A stretch of 64,000 nt of DNA, taken from NCBI GenBank assembly GCA_050251015.1, contig JBFWNO010000001.1:80645-144644 (forward strand), in the 5' to 3' direction. Below, one piece after another: positions 59,483-64,000 of this stretch. The position numbers and the translations under genes are program-made. The notes beneath the pieces were generated by a model that was not told the DNA's origin, did no database searches, and saw nothing but the letters and a program-made list of their open reading frames with translations. Every line of letters starts with the position of its first letter. Position 1 is the stretch's first letter. Source of the stretch: Planctomycetota bacterium. GTDB lineage: Bacteria; Planctomycetota; JBFWNO01.

Positions 59483-59658
59483 TGCCACAGGGTCCCCACC
59501 AGACTGCCGATCGCCAGAACAATGGCGGCCAGGCGCATCCAAGGCGCCCAAGCGGACCGGCTCAGCGAGGAGGGCGCCTTCACCACTCTGTCGGCTCCCA
59601 GCCAAAGCCACCACGCACAAGATGCCAGGGCCAGGCCCACCAGCGGCATGTCAGCCAT
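59479..59658 (-). CDS. 59-aa two-TM micro-protein (absent from the ORF track)
   Basis: MADMPLVGLALASCAWWLWLGADRVVKAPSSLSRSAWAPWMRLAAIVLAIGSLVGTLWQ. The ATG lies 6 nt after the rplT stop and the TGA overlaps the Mqn GTG. Confidence 0.4.
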   Translation of the reverse strand: MADMPLVGLALASCAWWLWLGADRVVKAPSSLSRSAWAPWMRLAAIVLAIGSLVGTLWQ

Positions 59659-59664
59659 CGACTG

Positions 59665-60024
59665 TCACTTGGCCAGTTTGGCCTTGGCCATGCCCGCCAG
59701 CTTTGAGAAAACCTCCGGTTGATGGATGGCCACCTCGGAAAGCTGCTTCCTGTCCAGCTCGATGCCGGCCAGGGATAGCCCGCGGATCAAGCGGCTGTAA
59801 TTCAGCCCATTGGATTTGGCCGCGGCTGAAAGACGGATAACCCAAAGGGACCTGTAGACACGCTTCTTGAGCTTGCGTCCCGTGAAGGAATACTTCAGCC
59901 CCTTGTCTGTGGTGCTTTTGGCCTGATGGTAAAGCTTACCGCGGGCCCCGTAATTGCCCTTGGCTCTCTTGAGCACCTTCTTGCGACGTGCCCTGCCGGC
60001 GACTGATCCTGTGTTGCGTGTCAT
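59665..60024 (-). CDS. rplT: 50S ribosomal protein L20
   Basis: ARRKKVLKRAKGNYGARGKLYHQAK...RKLKKRVYRSLWVIRLSAAAK. Confidence 0.95.
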   Translation of the reverse strand: MTRNTGSVAGRARRKKVLKRAKGNYGARGKLYHQAKSTTDKGLKYSFTGRKLKKRVYRSLWVIRLSAAAKSNGLNYSRLIRGLSLAGIELDRKQLSEVAIHQPEVFSKLAGMAKAKLAK

Positions 60025-60033
60025 GTTCGACTC

Positions 60034-60258
60034 CTAGTAGTTGCCCTTGACGGCATTGCGATAGTATTTGGCAAGGCGGCCCCCGATCACAATCTTGCGC
60101 CTGAGCTGCCTGAGACGCTTGGGGCTCTTGCTGATAGCCAAGTGTCGCCTTCCGGGACGGCCCATCTTGACCTTGCCTGTGGCCGTGATCTTGACCCTCT
60201 TGGCAATGCCCTTGTGGGTCTTGGGCTTGATGCGCTTTTTCTTCTTTGGACTGGCCAT
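60034..60258 (-). CDS. rpmI: 50S ribosomal protein L35
   Basis: [30 protein letters not shown]; GAGGAG upstream. Confidence 0.95.
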   Translation of the reverse strand: MASPKKKKRIKPKTHKGIAKRVKITATGKVKMGRPGRRHLAISKSPKRLRQLRRKIVIGGRLAKYYRNAVKGNY

Positions 60259-60267
60259 GTTATCTCC

Positions 60268-60774
60268 TCAACGCTTTTTGGGTGCCATCAGCATGGTGAT
60301 TTTTTTGCCCTCGGAGAAGGCGTCTCTTTCCACCTTCGAGACATCCGACAAAGAATCCCGGAACTTGTTGATGACTTCCATCGCCAGGTCCTTGCGCATC
60401 AGCTCCCGGCCGTGAAGGGTCAGGGTGAGCTGGAGTCTGTGACCTGCCGCCAGGAACCTTCTGGCCTGGTCGGACTTGATCCTGAAGTCATTGTCCTCGA
60501 TCTTGAATCTCAACCTGATTTCCTTGAGCTCCCCGGTATGGGTTTTCTTCTGCTTGTGCTTGTTCTTCTGTTCGAACTTGTACTTGCCGTAATCCATCAC
60601 CTTGCACACGGGAGGCTTTGTCTGGGGACTAACCTCCACAAGGTCAAGATTCGATTCCTTGGCGAAGCGGATGGCCTCCAGCCTTTCCACCACACCCTTC
60701 ATGCTGCCATCTGCAGCGACCAGTCTTACGGGCGAAGCCTGGATCTTTTCATTGACTCGAAGCTCTGTGGAAAC
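60268..60774 (-). CDS. infC: translation initiation factor IF-3 (start codon unresolved, non-canonical)
   Basis: RVNEKIQASPVRLV...LDLVEVSPQTKPPVCKVMDYGKYKFE...HGRELMRKDLAMEV...MLMAPKK. AAGGAGG lies at 60786-60780. The only in-frame ATG (60858) lies inside tRNA-Val. Confidence 0.9.
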   Translation of the reverse strand, partial: VSTELRVNEKIQASPVRLVAADGSMKGVVERLEAIRFAKESNLDLVEVSPQTKPPVCKVMDYGKYKFEQKNKHKQKKTHTGELKEIRLRFKIEDNDFRIKSDQARRFLAAGHRLQLTLTLHGRELMRKDLAMEVINKFRDSLSDVSKVERDAFSEGKKITMLMAPKKR

Positions 60775-60813
60775 TGTTCCCTCCTTCTTGCGATTTTTTT
60801 CCGCCGTGTCATT

Positions 60814-60890
60814 TGGTGGGTGATACTGGACTTGAACCAGTGACCTCCACGATGTCAACGTGGCACTCTAGCCAGCTGAGCTAATCACCC
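60814..60890 (-). tRNA. tRNA-Val (anticodon GAC), CCA encoded
   Basis: The reverse complement folds as GGGTGAT/TA/GCTC-AGCTGGCTA-GAGT/G/CCACG-TTGACAT-CGTGG/AGGTC/ACTGG-TTCAAGT-CCAGT/ATCACCC/A/CCA. Confidence 0.9.
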
Positions 60891-60995
60891 TTATTTTAGG
60901 GCGGAAAAGCATATCTTAGGGGTGGGGTGCGGGTCAATCCAGACTTGCTTGAAATATTCCCTCCATCAAAATGCTCAACTCCCGTTCTCTCCCCT

Positions 60996-61003
60996 GCCGA
61001 TAC
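60996..61003 (+). promoter_or_regulatory. sigma28-like -10 element (GCCGATAC) upstream of the FlgM-like gene
   Basis: Matches 7 of 8 positions of GCCGATAA. A weak TCAA lies 17 nt upstream, and ATG 61051 is 48 nt downstream. Confidence 0.25.
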
Positions 61004-61050
61004 CCATTCCAGAGAGTTTCTTTGCAAGAGAGCAAGAGAGGGAGAATGCC

Positions 61051-61215
61051 ATGTCTGAACGGAAAACCTCCGTACACCATCCCCGTCGGGATGGGCAAAT
61101 GTTGCGCACTGATAAAGTCGATCATTTAAAATCCATGATCAATTCAGGGCGTTACGACGTTTCCGAGAAATTTGAAAAGATCATCGACACTTTTGTGCGG
61201 GAATTTGTGCGGTAA
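61051..61215 (+). CDS. FlgM-like anti-sigma-28 factor (54 aa, tentative)
   Basis: GAGGGAG upstream. The C-terminal KVDHLKSMINSGRYDVSEKFEKIID fits the FlgM pattern KV..lK..I..G.Y.V. Confidence 0.45.
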   Translation: MSERKTSVHHPRRDGQMLRTDKVDHLKSMINSGRYDVSEKFEKIIDTFVREFVR

Positions 61216-62496
61216 GTGCTTCTTCCCCTCATCTGCCTGATCGTTGCCGTTGAGGGAGTGGGCTGGCGCCTCTTTGATGAAGCCGGGGTGTACAGCCCGG
61301 CTCTTCCACCGGCGTTGGGCATGGCTCCCTTGGGCTACCTGACCGTCTGGGGAACCTACCTTTTCATCCTCGGTATCCTGACCACCCTGTGCTCAAGGAT
61401 TCCTCGTTGGAGGCATCCCGCCTTTGTGGCCAGCCTTCATCTATTGTCCTGCGGGATGTATTTGTGGTTTCTTCCAGGGGGGCAATGGTTTCCGGATTAT
61501 CTGTGGTCTCGGGGCCTCACCTGGAGATTTCTGTGGGAAATGACCACACTAGCCCCCTACTTGGCGGGTGAGCTCCTCATCCTGCGCCGCCCTGGATGGC
61601 CCCCTCCCCATCGACCATGGCTTCACTGCCTGAGACATTTGGGATTCATGCTGCTTCCCTACCTGATGGGCCAGCTTCTTTATGAGGGCGCCTGCCAACT
61701 TGCCGGCGATGCCCTTTCTTGGCCTCCCCTGTCCTTTCCCGTTTCATTGGCCCTGATGTCGATCATCGTGCTCCTCATGCCTTCCGCCGCACGGCTGATG
61801 ATCCCCACGCGCCCCATGGAAGCGGGTCCTTTGCGAGAAATGTTCTCATCACAGATGTCGGGTTTGGGCATCTCCTTCAACAACATCCTGCTCTGGAACG
61901 CCGGACCCACCCAAGCCAATGCGGCTGTGCTTGGCATGCTTCCACCGTTGCGCTTCCTGCTGGTGACGAAGCCCTTGCTCGACGCCTTCGACGACGAGGA
62001 GCTCCGCCTGATCCTCTGGCATGAGTTGGGGCATGTATTTCATCGTCATTTATGGATCTATTACATCTTCTTCATGGCTACCGGCGGTGCCTCCGTCCTC
62101 GCCTACGAGGCCTTTTCCATGCACCCCACATGGTGGGTGTCGCTCGGCACCATCCTGGCCTGGGCCATGTTGTTTTCCTTCCTCTCGAGAAACCTTGAAC
62201 GGCAGGCCGACCTGTTTGCCCTCAGCAGGGAAAAGAAACGCGGCGATTATGCCCGCGTGCTCCTGAAGTTGTCCGAGGTGTCGGGTATTCCCGAGGGCTT
62301 CCGCAGCCTGACCCATGGTTCCATTCGTTCGCGAGTTATGGCTCTTGAAAGCTTGGGATCATCGGCACATAAGGCCTTCCGGTTCCACCGCCGGATACGG
62401 ATCCTGGTCTTCGCATGTCTCCTGCTTTTGGCTGTCGAAACATCCTGGTGGCTGTTTCACCATGCCAAGGAATTCATGACGATTTGGGCTTCCTGA
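61216..62496 (+). CDS. M48 family membrane metalloprotease
   Basis: ILWHELGHVFHRH (HExxH) embedded in a polytopic membrane protein, followed by ERQADLFAL. Confidence 0.8.
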   Translation: MLLPLICLIVAVEGVGWRLFDEAGVYSPALPPALGMAPLGYLTVWGTYLFILGILTTLCSRIPRWRHPAFVASLHLLSCGMYLWFLPGGQWFPDYLWSRGLTWRFLWEMTTLAPYLAGELLILRRPGWPPPHRPWLHCLRHLGFMLLPYLMGQLLYEGACQLAGDALSWPPLSFPVSLALMSIIVLLMPSAARLMIPTRPMEAGPLREMFSSQMSGLGISFNNILLWNAGPTQANAAVLGMLPPLRFLLVTKPLLDAFDDEELRLILWHELGHVFHRHLWIYYIFFMATGGASVLAYEAFSMHPTWWVSLGTILAWAMLFSFLSRNLERQADLFALSREKKRGDYARVLLKLSEVSGIPEGFRSLTHGSIRSRVMALESLGSSAHKAFRFHRRIRILVFACLLLLAVETSWWLFHHAKEFMTIWAS

Positions 62497-63679
62497 GCTT
62501 CCCGAACAAGCCACCACCCTTCGACGCTCCTCCCAGCTTGTTGGCACAAGCGGCAAAGGCTTCGGCCACGTCCCTCGCCTGAGGCGGCCTGTCGGATGGT
62601 TTTTTCTCGAGCATGCTCAGCAGCAGGGTCTCCAGGTCATCGGGTATATCCTCGTTCAGGATGGAGGGTGCGGTCGGAGCGATTTTCAGGTGAGCCTTGA
62701 TGATGTCCTGAGCCGTTTTCCCCCGGAACAGTGTTTGACCCGTCATGGCGTGGTAAGCCGTGGCCCCCAGGGCGTAGATGTCCAGGCGTCCATCCGAGGG
62801 ACGCGCCAGGATCTGCTCCGGGGCCATGTAATGAGGAGTTCCCAGAACCTTGCGCTTGCCATCATTGGACTCGTGGGGAACCGGGCTTTCTCCGATGCTG
62901 AAAGCAATCCCAAGATCGGCGAGCTTCACATCCTTGTTCGCCGTCAGCATGATGTTGTCGGGCTTGATGTCCCGGTGGATCACACCGTGGGTGTGGGCAT
63001 AATGCAGGGCCTGTCCCACCTTTGAAAACACCTGGCACAGGGCCTGAAGCGGTGCCGGTTCCCCTCCCTGCTGCCAGGAAGCCATCCATTCCTTGAGCGT
63101 TTGACCGTCGACATATTCCATCGAGAAGTAAACGATCCCTTCCTCGGTCTGGCCCACATCGTGAACGTGGATGATGTTCGGATGGTTGAGAGCCCCGGCA
63201 CGCCGGGCTTCCGTGATGAACCGCTCGACGGTAGCCGCGTCCTTCTTCATCCTTTCGGAAAGAATTTTGATCGCCACGATCCTGTCGAGGGATTTCTGGT
63301 GCGCCCTGTAGACCTCCCCCATTCCACCCTCTCCGACCTTCTCGAGAAGTCGGTAACCCGAAAAATCCTTTCCTACCAGGGCCCCTGCGGCGGAGGCCGT
63401 GAACTTCAGGAGGGTCTGGCCTACCTCCAATTCATCGTCAAAGTTCAGCCCCCCCTGCTTGCAGGGAACCCCGTTGATCTTGATTCCATTCTTGGAACCC
63501 AAATCCTCAATTTTCCAGACTCCGTCCTTCGCCGAGAGCTTGGCATGCTGGCGGGAAGCCAGAAGGTCGGGAATGGGGACCTTGTTCTGGCTGGACCGAC
63601 CAACAACAATGTCCTCGTTGTCTTTGAAGTCGTATTCCCGGCCCTTGGAGGGGCCGCTGAGGATGATCAGGCGAGGCAT
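62474..63679 (-). CDS. FHA domain-containing Ser/Thr protein kinase
   Basis: N-terminal FHA domain (VVGRSSQN...LASRQHAKL...[12 protein letters not shown]). Kinase motifs [34 protein letters not shown]. Confidence 0.9.
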   Translation of the reverse strand: MPRLIILSGPSKGREYDFKDNEDIVVGRSSQNKVPIPDLLASRQHAKLSAKDGVWKIEDLGSKNGIKINGVPCKQGGLNFDDELEVGQTLLKFTASAAGALVGKDFSGYRLLEKVGEGGMGEVYRAHQKSLDRIVAIKILSERMKKDAATVERFITEARRAGALNHPNIIHVHDVGQTEEGIVYFSMEYVDGQTLKEWMASWQQGGEPAPLQALCQVFSKVGQALHYAHTHGVIHRDIKPDNIMLTANKDVKLADLGIAFSIGESPVPHESNDGKRKVLGTPHYMAPEQILARPSDGRLDIYALGATAYHAMTGQTLFRGKTAQDIIKAHLKIAPTAPSILNEDIPDDLETLLLSMLEKKPSDRPPQARDVAEAFAACANKLGGASKGGGLFGKLRKPKSS

Positions 63680-63686
63680 GTTGAAA

Positions 63687-63695
63687 ATTGTAACA
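63687..63695 (-). promoter_or_regulatory. extended -10 (TGTTACAAT), 7 nt upstream of the kinase ATG (leaderless-type)
   Basis: The minus strand reads TGT-TACAAT-TTTCAAC-ATG. Confidence 0.45.
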
Positions 63696-63706
63696 ATCAA
63701 CGCCGC

Positions 63707-63712
63707 TATAAT
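63707..63712 (+). promoter_or_regulatory. -10 box TATAAT, 6 nt upstream of the apt ATG (leaderless-type)
   Basis: TATAAT-CTCAGC-ATG; no Shine-Dalgarno sequence. Confidence 0.5.
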
Positions 63713-63718
63713 CTCAGC

Positions 63719-64000
63719 ATGCCTGTTTCAAACCTGAACCTGAAGTCTTTCATCCGCGATGTTCCCAACTTCCCAAAACCGGGGATTGTCTTCAAGGACA
63801 TCACCCCCCTCCTGGGGAACAAGGACGCTTTGGCCTACTCCCTCGATACATTGGCTGGCGCCTTCAAATCCAAGGGCGTCACCGCTGTCGCAGGAGCTGA
63901 AGCCAGGGGTTTTTTGCTCGGGCCCGGACTGGCCGAGCGACTGGGCACTGGTTTTATCCCCATCCGCAAGCCGGGCAAGCTTCCGCACGTCAAGTTGTCG
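63719..64000 (+). CDS. apt: adenine phosphoribosyltransferase (3'-partial at window edge; not in the ORF track)
   Basis: [37 protein letters not shown]...[33 protein letters not shown]. Confidence 0.9.
   Translation, partial: MPVSNLNLKSFIRDVPNFPKPGIVFKDITPLLGNKDALAYSLDTLAGAFKSKGVTAVAGAEARGFLLGPGLAERLGTGFIPIRKPGKLPHVKLS

Noticed and set aside
60814-60858. infC starting at ATG 60858
   Set aside because: That codon and the next 14 codons lie inside the tRNA-Val gene, and the added residues (MTSWRSLVQVQYHPP...) are simply the tRNA read as protein.
63728-63988. 86-aa minus-strand ORF at the right edge
   Set aside because: It is antisense to a clear adenine phosphoribosyltransferase reading frame (63719 onward) that the ORF track omits because it runs off the window.
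1-64000. CRISPR arrays, IS elements/transposases, prophage or toxin-antitoxin/defence modules
   Set aside because: Scanning both strands, I found no spaced direct-repeat array, no transposase/integrase/phage-like translation, and no nuclease-helicase-type defence gene pairs. The only repeats seen are the 44-nt pilin block and the twin terminator hairpins.

Overview
GC-rich (~60%) chromosomal segment of a diderm bacterium (LptD-like, MsbA-like and LpxR genes present). It is very densely packed: most operon junctions are ATGA, GTGA or TTGA start/stop overlaps. From left to right the window contains: a two-component/c-di-GMP effector node (hybrid kinase, REC, PilZ, birA, and a stand-alone MshEN-repeat protein); an unclassifiable 2,064-aa secreted giant protein; tRNA-Lys; a nadA-glycerol catabolism-MBOAT operon; queA and scpB; an efp-lipoprotein-LptD-like-GT2-MsbA operon; small lipoproteins; rplS, yraN and a TatD-radical-SAM fusion; an epimerase, an orphan gene and speA; a low-GC lpxR islet; a ~15-kb, 14-gene translationally coupled glycan-assembly operon (5 GT4, 2 GT2, priming transferase, Wzy_C polymerase/ligase, GT-C-like protein, deacetylase, radical SAM, FabL, DUF2304); a UDP-sugar dehydrogenase; two paralogous type IV pilin-like genes; an MqnC/E-type radical SAM gene; the tRNA-Val-infC-rpmI-rplT operon; FlgM-like, M48 protease, FHA-Ser/Thr kinase and apt genes. 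No CRISPR array, IS element, integrase or prophage genes were seen. The most notable points are the orphan giant protein, the glycan operon with an embedded radical SAM enzyme and no recognisable flippase or export genes, a recurrent leaderless-type promoter layout (-10 box 6-8 nt from the ATG), three hidden small ORFs, and an infC gene with no canonical start codon. All calls come from reading the translations and sequence by eye. No database search was run.
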